Translations under genes and position numbers: made by a program | The notes under the pieces: generated by a model | The model's input: the letters and a program-made list of their open reading frames with translations, nothing else | What the model was told of the DNA's origin: nothing | The model's database searches: none | DNA from: Malacoraja senta | Taxonomy: Eukaryota | Direction: 5' to 3' | DNA: 64,000 bases | NCBI GenBank assembly: GCA_038087875.1 | Contig: JAXLNO010000073.1 | Span: forward strand, 558,001-622,000 | Shown: positions 22,680 to 35,434 of the stretch, one piece after another | Layout: each line of letters starts with the position of its first letter | Position numbering within the stretch: the stretch's first letter is position 1

Positions 22680-22786
22680 GTACCATCAGCAGCAACTCAG
22701 AAGTGGTTACGGACGAGGGGGGCCTTTACTGGTTGGCTGCCAGTGACTAGCGGAGTTCCGCAAGGGTCGATACTGGGGCCGCTACG

Positions 22787-23322
22787 ATCGTTTCGCTGAA
22801 CACCTTCGCTCAGTCCGCCTGGACTTACCTGATCTCCCGGTTGCCAAACACTTTAATTCCCCTTCCCATTCCCACACTGAACTTTCTGTCCTCGTTCTCC
22901 TCCACTGTCAGAGTGAGGCTAAATGCAAATAAGAGGAACAGCATTTCATATTTTGCCTGGGCGGCTTACACCCCAGTGGTATGAATATTGATTTCTCTCA
23001 CTTCAAGTACTCTCTCTCCGTCCCTATCCCACTCAAGTCGCACCAGCTTCTCGTTCTCACCCAACAAGTAGCTAACAATGGCCTGTTTCCTTTAACATCG
23101 TTACTTTTTTTGCATCTTTATTTCGTTTGTTATATATCTCTCTACATTTATCGTTTATATCTCTCGTTTCCCTTTCCCGTAATTTTGAGTCTGAAGAAGG
23201 GTTTCAACCCGAAATGTCACCCATTCATACTCTCCAGAGATGCTGCCTGTCCCGCTGAGTTACTCCAGATTTTTATGTCTATCTTCGGTTTAAACCAGCA
23301 TCTGCAGTTCCTTCCTGTACAC
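22787..23322 (+). mobile_element. Penelope-like element 3' remnant
   Basis: Degenerate RFAEHLRSV...PVAKHFNSPSHSH...EEQHFIF.LG.LHPSGMNIDFS followed by ctgaagaagggtttcaacccgaaa. Confidence 0.8.
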
Positions 23323-23519
23323 CACTATTTTTCACATTGTATATTAATCATTCGGACGAGGGGATTGAAGGCTTTGTGGCCAAGTTTGCGGATGATACGA
23401 AAATAGGTGGAGGGGCAGGTAGTGTAGAGAAAGCATGGACTCTGCAGAAGGACTTGGACAGGTTGGGAGAGTGGGCAGGGACGTGGCAGATGGACTATTG
23501 TGCAGTAAAGGAGGGAGCG

Positions 23520-26500
23520 CCGCACCTTTTCCAAAAATTAATGAAGCAATTATTACAAGAATAATATATACAATACAAAACACCAAACAAACCCACCACT
23601 ATAATACAAAGCAAAACAATTCTTAAATATTAAATATACTGAGTATTAAATAACTGTGTTACAATCCCCATTGAGGAAGATTCCAGCACACGCGGTGCCC
23701 AACTGTCCCAAAAATCCTGTAGGGTGTCCGTGGTCAATGCGTAGTCCCTCTCTAACACCACAGACGTAACCCCGGAAAAGGGGCAGGCAGCTGGCTCGGG
23801 CAGAGCCCTCTTCCGACTGGCACCGTGACTCATGGTTCGCCAGCTTGTCCAGGCCCAGGAGCAACCCAACCAGGATATCTTCGGCCCCACCCACTCCCCT
23901 ATGCATAGGGTGTCCAAAGATGAGGATGGTGGGTGTGAAGCTCAGCCAGAAGGCAAGGAGCAGCCCCTTTAGTTGTTGGAACAGGGGCTGCAGCCTCACA
24001 CAATCCATATACACGTGGAACACAGACTCTTCCAGCCCGCAAAAGTGGCAGGCGGCTGGCGAGTCTGTGAACCATGACACTAACAGGTGGCAAGGGACTC
24101 CTCGGTCTAGTACCATCCACCCCAGGTCCCCGATGGAGAGGGGGAGAATCCCTGCATTGGGGGGCCCTCTCGCGACTGAAAGGTAACACTGACCGCCACT
24201 TAGTGTCTGGACGGTGGACCAGGGCGAAGACGTGCAGGGTGTGGAGGAGCGCGTACAGGAGACGCCTCCCTGAGTCTTGGAGGGAGATCGAGTGTGTCGA
24301 GGCAAGGCGGCTTCCGAAAAGGATTTTGGCGCCTGGGTACGACGAGTACTTCAGGTGGAGCGGGGATTTACTCAATCGTAAGTACTTCACATGTTGGAGC
24401 CTCCCCGACGCCCGGTGTGGTCGGACAAGACCCGGCCACACTCACGACCGGGCCGTCGCCCACCGCCGGCAGAGGGGGGCCCTGGTGGATCGCAACCAGC
24501 TTCCAGACTCTCAGCGGGTCCTGATAGAAGCCGGACATGTTCTGCAGGACAGCACAGCTGACGCACGCAACCGGTATCCACGTACCTCCTTCAAGGCAGC
24601 GGTTCTATTGGAAAAAGTGCGTCGCCAGCACGTGCCACCTGGGAGGATGCCTGGAGTACACGTATCTCTGCAGGGTCTTGAGGCAGAGAGCCACCAGCTG
24701 GGTGCATATGCACACCAGCTACTGACCGCCCTCCTCGATCGAGAGACTCAGGACCCTGCAGAGACCCAGTGCTTTCCGTTGCCCCAGACGTAGACCAACA
24801 ACTTCCTCTGGATCATCCCAGCAAAGGTGGCTGATGGGACCAAGGTGGTAAACCGGTACCAGAACACGGAGGCCACCAGTTGGTAAATGACCAACACCCT
24901 GCCCCGGTAGGAAAGCACCCTGAGGGAGACCCAACCAGCGCCCAGCCGAGTGACGAATTTCGTCTCCATCTCCTGCCAGTTCGCCGGCCATGTCTCCGCA
25001 GTCGGACTCAAGTAGACTCCCAGGTAGAGGAGGTGCGTGGTACTCCACGTGAAAGACCTCATCTCCTCCGGGAGGGAGTCCACCTGCCAGGGACCCACCA
25101 AGAGTCCGGAACATTTCCCCCAGTTGATCCTGGCAGAGGAGGCGGCCGAGAAGACTCGTTGACACTCGCGCATCTTCTGCAGGTCGACGGGGTCGGTGAC
25201 CATGAGGAGCACGTCATCGGCATAGCCCGGGAGGACCACCTCCATGTCCGGCTCGCGTAGAACCATGCCCGTCAACTTCCCCCGAAGCAGACTAAGGAAT
25301 GGCTCCACGCGTGCAGTTGCCCGGACATGGGGCAGCCCTGACGTAATCCTCTGCGGAAGGGAATAGGGGCCGTCAAGGATCCATTGACTTTCACGAGGCA
25401 CTCCACGGTGGCGTTTAAAAACAGGATCCAGGCCACAAAGTGCAGTCCAAATCCAAACGCCCGCAGAGTCCTCAGCAGATACTCGTGAGCCACCCCGTCG
25501 AAAGCTTCCTGGTCGAGGGAGAGAAAGGCAGTGGATACACTGATCTCCTGAGTCAGGTGCACCAGGTCCCGGACCAGATGAATATTATCCTGGATGGACC
25601 GGCCCAGGACCGTGTAAGACTGGTCAGGATGGATCACTTGGGCCAGCACTGGGCCCAGACGGTTGGCCATTGCCCTGGCAAAGACCAGAGGTGGGGGGAC
25701 CGGGCGCCAGTTCTTTAGTAGGTGGAAATCGCCCTTGGGCAGAAGGACCACGACAGCCCTCCGCCAAGACAGGCGCATCTTTTCAGTCACCAGGCTTTCC
25801 CTCGGAGCCATGGTGCGGTCCTCCGCCAGGACCTCCGAGAATGTGCGGAGGAACTGCGCTGTCAGACCGTCCAGGCCGGCGGATTTGGTGGAGGGCCGTG
25901 GTCAGGAATGATCCACTGCGTTAATGTCCTCTGGTTCGGTGACGGAGAAGTCAGCGTCAGCGATCAGCTCCACTAACTGCTGACGGACTCCCCGCCACTT
26001 CTCCAGCGAGTAGAAGAAGGGTGAACCACGTTCCAAATCGTGGAGCAATTGGATCCGTGACCTCATGTACGTGCCTCGGGATTGCTCGAACTGCAGCTCC
26101 TTCAGCGCGTCTTTCTCCTGGTATTCCCTCCAGAGGATCGGGTCCCCGAAGGTCTGACTTAGACGCGAATCCAGATCGAGCAGCTCGCTCCCGAGCTGTT
26201 TGACCTTGGAATCGCGCCTTGCCCACATCCCACCATAGCTGCAGGGAGTGAAATCCTCCCCGCTTCTCCTTCCAGGTGGTCTAGAACCTTTGGAACAAGT
26301 CCCAGAATTGGCGATCCTCCGGCAGCCGTTTGTTAAAGTACCAGTTCCCGGAACCTCCCTGCGTGTGTAGCGGGATGAACTCTGCCCACACCAGGTGGTG
26401 GTCCGAGCACGGTACTGGCCACATGGAGGCCACTGAGACGCGGGAGACGTACGCCCGTGAAATGTACAGGCGGTCGATGCAACAACCACCTCCCTCTGAC

Positions 26501-26735
26501 CTCCAGGAGAAGGCAATAGAGTCTGGGTGGAAGTTCCTCCAGGTGTCCACCAAGTCAAAGGAGGCCACGCGCTCCTTCGACTTCCTCACATTCCTCACCG
26601 ACTCCTGGCTGCGCTGGAGACCGGAATGGTCTCCTTCCTTGAGGATACAGTTGAAATTCCCCCCGAGGTTCACACAGTCGCCGGGGTCGATGGAGCTCAG
26701 CAGGGTAGACACCTCGAGGAACAGGCACGTCCGCT
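23520..26735 (-). mobile_element. Tx1-like (L1 clade) LINE, decayed ORF2, in intron 1 of the Siglec-like gene
   Basis: APE motifs GGNFNC, DTWR, IDRLY, SDHH; RT motifs NWRPV, HPDQSY, LDQEAFD, LRQGCPMS, YADDV; C-terminal CHFCGLEESVFHVYMDC; many frameshifts. Confidence 0.88.
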
Positions 26736-26952
26736 ACAAGCAGGGCCTTGGGGTGTGCACGTTTACAAAATGCCACGGCACGCCCCCAGGGGTGGGCAAA
26801 AACAAAAAACAGATAACAGAGAAGACAAATGGCACGAAGCCGGTGTCCACACACAAACTAGGAACAGTTTGAGGGAGGGAGTGGTGTTGCCTCAGACGAT
26901 GAACGTGTCCAGTAATGGTGACTCCCAAAAGCTGCTGCGTCAGCTCATCTTC

Positions 26953-27230
26953 ATAGAAACATAGAAAATAGGTGCAGGAGTAGGCCATTCGGCCCTTCGA
27001 GCCTGCACCGCCATTCAATATGATCATGGCTGATCATCCAACTCAGTATCCTGTGCCTGCCTTCTCTCCATACCCCCTGATCCCTTTAGCCACAAGGGCC
27101 ACATCTAACTCCCTCTTAAATATAGCCAATGAACTGGCCTCAACTACCTTCTGTGGCAGAGAATTCCACAGATTCACCACTCTCTGTGTGAAAAATGTTT
27201 TTCTCATCTCGGTCCCAAAAGATTTCCCCC
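26953..27230 (-). mobile_element. CR1 3' end fragment
   Basis: catagaaacatagaaaataggtgcaggag... near-identical to 36930-37200. Confidence 0.85.
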
Positions 27231-27789
27231 TTCAGCCCGGCTACCTCGACTCTCCGGCGTTCCTTGGTGAGCTGCAGCCTCTCGCAGTTAGCCCCGGCTG
27301 GTCTTTGCTGCTCCTGCAGCAACGAAAGGGATTTCTGCTGTCTGTTGTTGGAATCCCCTTAACTCCGCTGGTCTTGTTGAGAGAAAGGAGGCTCAGTCAG
27401 CTCCAGGTTCCAAGGCTGCAGAAGGTCGAGATGGTGTAGAATTCCTCCCACACCAGACAAAACCAGACCGGCCCGGTCAGTAACGACGGCAGGCAGTAAG
27501 AGGTGGTTGTTCCGGACACAGATGTAAAGTCCAGAAAACATTGTTTCCCCCTTTTTGGTGCACCACACTTTCCTGGCAGGCTGCCAGCCACCGCAGTGGG
27601 AGCTACGCAGTTTGGTCATCACGCCGCACACAGCCCAAAACACGCCGAAATGTCTTTAAATAAATGTGTGCAGTTGCAGTGATACATGAGATGTTTATAG
27701 ATACCGCTGTACCTCCTCCAACATCCCAGAGATGTTTTAAACAACGAACTTGTGTGTTTTCGCGAGAGCTCCGATCCACGTACCTCCGA

Positions 27790-28127
27790 GCTGTGGGAGG
27801 AGCAGTGAGGAGGGAGTGACAAACAGTGGGAGGGGCGGTGAGGGAGGAGTGACACTGTGGGAGGGGCGGTTGGAGGGAGTGACGCACTGTGGGAGGAGTA
27901 GTGAGGAGGGAGTGACACACTGTGGGAGGAGTAGTGAGGAGGGAGTGACACACTGTGGGAGGAGTAGTGAGGAGGGAGTGACACACTGTGGGAGGGGCGG
28001 TGAGGAGGGAGTGACACACTGTGGGAGGGGCGGTGAGGAGGGAGTGTCACACTGTGGGAGGGAGTGACACACTGGGAGGGGCGGTGAGGAGGGAGAGACG
28101 CACTGTGGGGGGGCGGTGAGGAGGGAG
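27790..28127. repeat. 33-bp minisatellite (gagtgacacactgtgggaggagtagtgaggagg)
   Basis: About 10 copies; produces the 11-aa repeat ORFs. Confidence 0.95.
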
Positions 28128-28265
28128 CCTCTACCGCTACACCACCATGCTGCTCTTCTCCGCTCTGTACACACCAGGTCCACAGCTCAGGATTAAATGT
28201 GTGGAAAGTGAGTCCAGTGAACTGACAGGGTGTTCACTGCTAAAGATTGTTCCTTCTCTCCTCAG

Positions 28266-28634
28266 CCGTGGTGTCGGGACAGTGGAGTGCGGACATTCCA
28301 CGAGATGTGACAGCGCAGAATGGTTTGTGTGCACGGATTCCGTGTCACTACAGGTACCCGTCGACTCTGAACAATGATTCACTGTTTGGAATCTGGTTTA
28401 ACAGTGAGACGCAGGACTTTACATCTGTAGCCTTTTTCTCCGAGAGTCACACCATGGTATCACCAAAGTTTCAGCATCGGACCCGGCTGTCAGGAGTCCT
28501 GAGAGACAACGACTGTTCCCTGGTCATAGACAACGTCACGCAGCAAGATGCAGGTCCTTATTTTTTCAGGGTTGATTTCTTCGACGGCCAAAATTATTAC
28601 AACTACCTCCCTGCAACACAGCTCTATGTTACTG
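28266..28634 (+). CDS. Siglec/MAG-like V-set Ig exon
   Basis: ctcctcag acceptor, gtaaga donor, 369 nt, phase 1-1. WSADIPRDVTAQNGLCARIPC...GIW...RTRLSG...DCSLVIDNV...DAGPYFFRVD shows the Siglec Cys pattern and the essential Arg (YFFR). Confidence 0.92.
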
Positions 28635-29149
28635 GTAAGAGCTCCGTATAATTTCTTCCCAGTTTCTTCCCAGCTGTTATCAAGCAACTGAACCATCCTA
28701 CCACAACCAGAGAGCAGTGCTGAACTGCTATCTACCTCTTTGCGACCCTCGGACTAGTCTTGATCAGGCTGTACAGCTCCTGCCCCTTCTGTAGTGGGGT
28801 AGATTTACTCCCCCCCCCCCACCCCCCATCTTTGCACATCCCATATCCTGGACTTTTGCATTTTACAAATTTGCACTTGACATTTTAATTTCATGTTTGT
28901 GCAATATTACATGTGTGCTGTGTAATAACTGGTCACTTTAATATCATAGTTATTATAATGCACATGGCACTTACAATGCCTTGTCATTGTATCTTTTAAC
29001 TCTGGGCAGACCTATTTCCCTCTGGGATAAATAAAGTTCTATCGTATCGTATCTTTGCTGGCGTTACCCTACACTAAATGTTATTCCCTTGTTACGTATC
29101 TATACTGTAAATGGCTTGATTGTAATCATGTATTGTCTTTCCGTTGATA

Positions 29150-29545
29150 GACACAAAAAGCTGGACTAACTCAGCGGGGCAGGCAGCATCTCCGGAGAGA
29201 AGGAATTGGCGACGTTTTGGGTCGAGACCCTTCTTCAGACTGGTTAGGGATAAGGGAAAGGAGAGATAGACGATGATGTGGAGAGATAAAGAACAATGAA
29301 TAAAAGAGGCAAAAAAGTATCGATGATAAAGCAAACAAGTCAGTGTTAGCTGTTTGTTGGGTGAAAACAAGAAGCTAGTGCGACTTGGGTGGGGGAGGGA
29401 TAGAGAGAGAGGGGATGCCGGGGCTACCTGAGGTTAGAGAAATCAATATTCATACCACTGGGCTGTAAGCTGCCCTAACGAAATATGAGATGCAGTTCCT
29501 CCAACTTGCGTTTTGCCTCACGCTGACAGTGGAGGAGACCGAAGA
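29150..29545 (-). mobile_element. Penelope-like element 3' remnant
   Basis: Reverse complement of the GMNIDF end and the terminal ctgaagaagggtctcgaccc motif. Confidence 0.7.
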
Positions 29546-29663
29546 CATGCGGTAGCATGCAACAAAAAGCTTTTCACTGTGCCTCGGTACACGCTACAAA
29601 AAGCTAAACTGAAATAGATGTTCAGCAGTGAGTGGGGAGAAACGACTGTACACGATCCCTATT

Positions 29664-29818
<155 letters not shown>

Positions 29819-31222
29819 CACAGCATCAGACCCTTCTGGTTCATTTCTGATCATTGTGACACATCCAGTTCTGCACTGTTATTATCACCTCTGTCCTCAG
29901 TACATGTGGCAATAAAGTAAACTAAACAATGACTATCTTATCCTTACAGCCCTAAGTGGAGAACACTATCCCCCTCTACCTGATCAAAGGCCATCATAAC
30001 AGGCGTTTCTGTCTTGGGCTTCCTCCACTGTCAGAGTGAGACCCAGCACAAATTGGCGGAACATATTTCGCTTGGGCAGCTTACTGCCCAATGGTATGAA
30101 TATTGATTTCTCTAACCTCAGGTAGAGAAGGGTCGAATGGCCTCCTCCTGCACCTATTTTGTATATTTCACTTGGGCAGCTTACACCCCAGTAGTGTGAA
30201 TATTGACCTCTAACTTCAAGTAACCCCTGCTTTCCCTCTCTCTCCATCCCCTCCCCTTCCCAGTTCTCCGACCAGTCTGCCTGTCCTCGTTTACATTTTA
30301 TTTCCCTTTGCTTCGTTGTTACCAAAGATCCGCTCAATACTCTTTGGTTGTTACCTGCTTCGAGCTAAGAATTATCTTTTCTATATTTTCCGTGATCTCC
30401 ATCCCCTTTGTCTCGTTTTTTGCACCTTATATATCTTTATCTCCGTATCTCCTTCTCCCCTGACTTACTGAAGAAGAGTCACGATCTGAAACGTCACCCA
30501 TTCCTTCTCCCCAGAGATGCTGCCTGTTCCGCTGAGTTGTGTTTATCTTTGGTTTAAACCAGCATCTGCAGTTCCTTTCTACACATAACATTACTGACCC
30601 TAGCCTTTTCAACCTCCCCTGACCATTACACCTCCAGTACATGGATCATCCTTGTAGACATCTTTTATCCTGTAGGTGTGGAATTTCTATATGAACCGAT
30701 GCATGTGATGATAGTCAGTTTTTTTTCAGTTTATTGTCACGTTTAGTTTATTGTCACAGTGAAAGGCTTTTGTTGCATGCTAGCCAGTCAGTGGAAAGAC
30801 AATACTTGATTACAATCGAGCCGTTTGCAGTGTTTAGCTACATGATAATGGAATAACCATTAGTGCATGGTTAAGCAAGAAAAGTCCGATCAAGGACAGT
30901 CCGAGGGTTACCAATGAGGTAGATAGTAGTTCAGGGCCGCTTTCTGGTTGTAGTGGGGTGGTTCATTTGCCTGATAACAGCTGGATAGAAACTGTCCCTG
31001 AATTTTAAGGTGTGCGTTTTCACACCTCTACACCATTTGCCCGATGGGAGAGGGGAGAAGAGGGAATAACAAGGGTAAGACTCGTCCTTGGTAATCTGGA
31101 GGTGTGCATTTTCACACTTCTATTCCTTGTAAAAACATCATTTTTCATGTGGGACTGGGATTTCGATGTGAACCGATGTATCCAGTAATATCTAACTAAA
31201 AATATCCGTTTCTCTATGTTAG

Positions 31223-31516
31223 ATTTCACAGATAAACCCACGATATTCCCTGCTGAAATGGTGGCAGATCAGCCTGTGAACGTGACCTGCTCCTTCAACA
31301 CCACGTGTAATGGAACGGCCCCCACCTTAACCTGGGTCACCCCCACTGATGAACCACCGTCAGCCTCATACAGCGTAACTCAGCGGGGAGACACTTGGAC
31401 ATATATTTCTGTTATGTCCCTGACCCCAGCGCTCAAACATCACGGGCAAAACCTCACCTGCAGAGTCACATACCCTACGGTCTCATCGGAGCAGATCCTC
31501 ACAATGACTGTGCAAT
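31223..31516 (+). CDS. Siglec-like gene, C2-set Ig exon 2
   Basis: ttag acceptor, gtaagt donor, 294 nt, phase 1-1. DKPTIFP...VNVTCSFNTTC.GTAPTLTW...LTPALKHHGQNLTCRVTY. Confidence 0.92.
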
Positions 31517-32184
31517 GTAAGTACGGAGATCGTTTATTGTGCACGAACAGCAATAATCCATTAGCAGTGCTGGTAAATAAGGCCTTCATCTTCTTGCGTA
31601 TGGCGTGCACAACATAAAGTTGGATGACAACTTGTTCTATTTGATCTTATTTGATTGTGCACGCCAGGTTAATTGCATTCGTCGAAATAGGGCGGATCAC
31701 ATGAAGGTTGCAAACTCCCACCCCGTACATAAGGTCATAAGTGATAGGAGCAGAATTAGGTCAATCGGCCCATCAAGTCTACTCCGCCATTCAATCATGG
31801 CTGATCTATCTCTCCCTCCTAACCCCATACTCCTGCCTTCTCCCCATAACTCCTGACACCCGTAATAATCAAATTAACACAACAAGCCGGAGTAACTCAG
31901 CGCGACAGGCAGCATCTCTGGAGAGAAGAGACTTGCTGCCTTTCCTGCTGAATTACTCCAGCATTTTGTGTACATCTTCTAGTGATAGGTGGATACGGGT
32001 GGGGGGTGGAACTGTTTAGCAGGTGGGTGGAGGTGGTGAAAAAGACTAGAGATGAAAAGGAGACAAAGGCGTATTGAAATCAGGAGGAAAGGGTTGACGG
32101 GGACGGGAAAGTGGGGGGGGGGGCGTCACGAAGAGGGGAACTGTGGTGGTTGCTGGAGCAGGGGGAGGACGGTTGGAGAAATGT

Positions 32185-32478
32185 GGCAGCACGGTGGCAC
32201 AGCAGCAGAGTTGTTGCCTCAAAGCACCAAAGACCCAGGTTCGATCCCAGCTACGGGCGCTGTAGTACGAAGTTTGTACATTCTCTCCGTGACCGCATGG
32301 GTTTTCTCCGGGTGTTCCGGTTTCCTCCCACACTCCAAAGCCATCCAGGTTTGTATGCTAATTGGCTCATTATATTTCTAAATTGTCTCTAGTTTATGAA
32401 GGATAGTGTTAGTGTGCAGTGATGGCTGGTCAGTGCATACTTGGTGGGCTTTTCCACGCTGTATCTCTAAACTAAACA
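32185..32478 (+). mobile_element. V-SINE/HE1-like SINE
   Basis: gcacggtggcacagcagcagagttgttgcc...ggttcgatccc head and ctctaaactaaac tail. Confidence 0.8.
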
Positions 32479-33039
32479 TAGAACAAGTGTGTGAATGGGT
32501 GATCAATGTTCGGTGCGGACTCGGTGGGCCGCATGTCCTGTTTCTGCGCAATATCTGTAAACTAAACACAACTAGCTGGTGAACGGGTGATCGATGGTTG
32601 GCGTGGACTGTCATGCACATTGTACAGTTACTGTACATGATATGGGAATAACATTTAGTGCAAGGTAAAGCTAGTAAAGTCCGATCAAAGATAGTCCGAT
32701 AGTAGTTCAGGACTGTTCTCTGGTCGTGGTAGGATGGTTCAGCCTGATAACAGCTGGGAAGCAACTGTCCCTGAATCTGGAGGTGTGCGTTTTCACACTT
32801 CTGTACCTTTTGCCCGATGGGAGAGGGGTGAAGAGGGAGTGGCCTCTGCATCTTTGTCTCACATACACTCACTCACGCACACACACTCTCTCACACACGC
32901 AAACACACTCAAACACACCGAACCACGATCTTACCTGATCGAATCGGAAGGAGGCATCTACAGATCCAACAGAAGACTCATCCTGCTAGTAAACGAGCCT
33001 GTGCCATCTCAACAGTACCTACACGATTATACTTTGTGG

Positions 33040-33957
33040 GTGTGGCGGCGCCTAACGCCAGCGGCTCAACTACATTCGTCCGTCTTTTTTTATATTTTTT
33101 GTCTTGTTAAATGTATGTCTGGAGCTTAGTTTTTATTATTTTTTAGCTGTGTATATGTGGGGGGTGGAGGGAGGGATGTTGGGGAAACCGTTAATCTCTT
33201 CCCTGTACGGGGACCCGACTTTTTCCCTGTCGGATCTCCGATGTCGTTGGGCCTAACATTGTGGGGCCGGCGGCGGCCTCCGGCCGGGACCAACCTGAGG
33301 GCTCCAGTCGCGGAGCCTGGGACCTGACATCGCGGAGCTGGCCGACTTTGGAGCGGGGAGAGCTGTGGTGGCGCTCGCCTGCGACCCGACTTTGGAGTTT
33401 CGGAAGCTCCGGCTGCGGGGCCGGTGGACAGGATCATAGGGAGCTCCAGCTCCCTGGTGGGAGACGGCTTTTCGGAGCTCCCGCAACGGCAACTTCTCCC
33501 GCTGGAATCGCGAGGTTCAAAGGACACGGACGGGACTTACCATCGCCCGCCGGGGGCTCTAACATCGAAGTGTTCGCCTAGACACTGCAGTTGGACTGCG
33601 GGTTGGACTGCTTGAACCGCGGGGTTTGAAGGGCGCGGAGCCGGGGCCTAGCATCGCCCGGCGTGGCTGAATGGCCACGGGACTTGCCATCGTCCGCCGG
33701 AGGCTTTAACACCAGAGCCCCAGTTCGCCTAGACGCGGCAGTTGGACTGCTGGACCGCGGATGAAGAATAAAGGGAAGAGATAAGACTTTGCCTTCCATC
33801 ACAGTGAGGAGGTGTTGGAGACTCACTGTGATGGATGTTTATGTAAACTGTGTTAAGTGTGGGTCTTGTTTTTTTTTTGTAATGTGTTAAAAAAAAACTG
33901 TAGTAATGATATTTCGTTCAAGCCTAGGCTTGAATGACAATAAATAGCATTCAATAC
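33040..33957 (+). mobile_element. GC-rich non-coding element with LINE-like 3' tail (probably non-autonomous)
   Basis: T-rich 5' block, CpG-rich body with internal repeats, 3' ttgccttccatcacagtgag hairpin, gaatgacaataaa...attcaa tail. Confidence 0.55.
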
Positions 33958-33959
33958 AG

Positions 33960-34505
33960 TCATACCAGACGTCGTCCTAAGGTCCAATGAGGATACTACT
34001 GATCCAGAATGGATCTCAACACAAGTGAATAACCTGTCAAGGCCAATGGCAAGTCAACAGTGAAGCCCCGGTGCTGTCACCCGCAAGGTCTCCTACTGAA
34101 ATGACCATCACAACGTTTCTGTCAATTGTACCATCACCTTTCATCAAGTCACCTGAAAAGGGGACAGAAGGTCTGTACCGCTCACGTGCAGGAAGGGTTT
34201 GCAAACCAAACCCCAAATACAAAGACTGAGTTTCAACATTTACCTTGGACTTTAAACCGATTCATGATTTGGCATTGCTTGTTTATTCATTTCATTGCAT
34301 GCATCCTCCTATGCTTGAACGTAGTGATTAATGCTGATATCCATATCATTGTAGTGTCATAGTTTATCACATATACTTATTAACCATGGCTCAACCGGAA
34401 GAAGGAATTTCTAGATCAATCACGTAAGCTGATCAGCTCTTCTTAGTATTAGACATCCGGTCTATAACCCAGTCCGGGTTTACTATATAACATTAGGTGT
34501 CACAT
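33960..34505 (+). mobile_element. Gypsy-like LTR retrotransposon 3' remnant
   Basis: Frame ending LYRSRAGRVCKPNPKYKD* (stop ~34227-34229) resembles the RSGR..KP..Y.D* tail of Gypsy pol, followed by AT-rich LTR-like sequence. Confidence 0.45.
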
Positions 34506-35152
34506 GCTTTATATTGGCAACTCAGCCATCAGTTTGTTTAATTTCAATATGGTATGCGAAGACGATAGCACTATAATGTGTTCCTTCTGTATGTACTTGA
34601 CAATAAGGAACACGCATTTGAATCTATCGACTCCACGTTATTGACTGCTTTACTCTCCCCCATTAACCACCCCTCTTTCCCACTCCTCCTCCAACCCCTT
34701 CCTCCTCCATACTCCCTCATTTCTCACTCCCTTCGCCCTCTTTCCATCAAATGTGTGAACCCGTGCATGAAGACACAGAGATCAAAGGCACACACATATG
34801 GGCCCTGTCTGTGCCTGCCTCTTTGCAGCGTACATCGAACAATCCCCAAACTCTACCTCCGCTATACTGACAGTCCTACTGCCTCTGACTATATTATATC
34901 TCTACCCCGTCCCCTCCCCTGACATCAGGGTGAAGAAGGGTCTCGACCCGAAACGTCACCCATTCCTTCTCTCCAGAGATGCTGCCTGTCCCGCTGAGTT
35001 ACTCCAGCATTTTGTGTCTATTATGAATGTTGACATCTTGTCTTAATGGGAACAAGGTATAGAAATGCTTGCAGACTTCACACAGGTGGTTGGCACGTGG
35101 AATCCTGCTGTGCACTGTATGTACTCACATTCAAATCTTTGTTTGTCTTTAG

Positions 35153-35434
35153 ATGCACCACGGAATCACTCAATCACTTCCCCCGACAACGTGAATAATT
35201 CCGGAGTCGATGTAAAGGAAGGAAACTCTGCAGAGTTCCTCTGCTCCGTCCAGAGTTTCCCAGCGTCGAACCTGACGTGGACACATCTCGGTGTCATGCT
35301 GAACACAACACGTTCCACCAACGAGCTGTGGTTGAAAATCATTCAGGTGACACGGCAGGACGCCGGGGACTATCAGTGTGTGGCGGAGAATGAACACGGG
35401 ACAGGAGAGGGGACAGTGACCCTCATCGTAGAAT
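35153..35434 (+). CDS. Siglec-like gene, Ig exon 3
   Basis: tctttag acceptor, gtgagt donor, 282 nt, phase 1-1. YAPRN...VKEGNSAEFLCSVQSFPASNLTW...DAGDYQCVAENEHG. Confidence 0.92.

Noticed and set aside
27790..28127. CRISPR-like array or repeat-protein ORFs
   Set aside because: Contiguous 33-bp units with no unique spacers in a vertebrate intron: a minisatellite.
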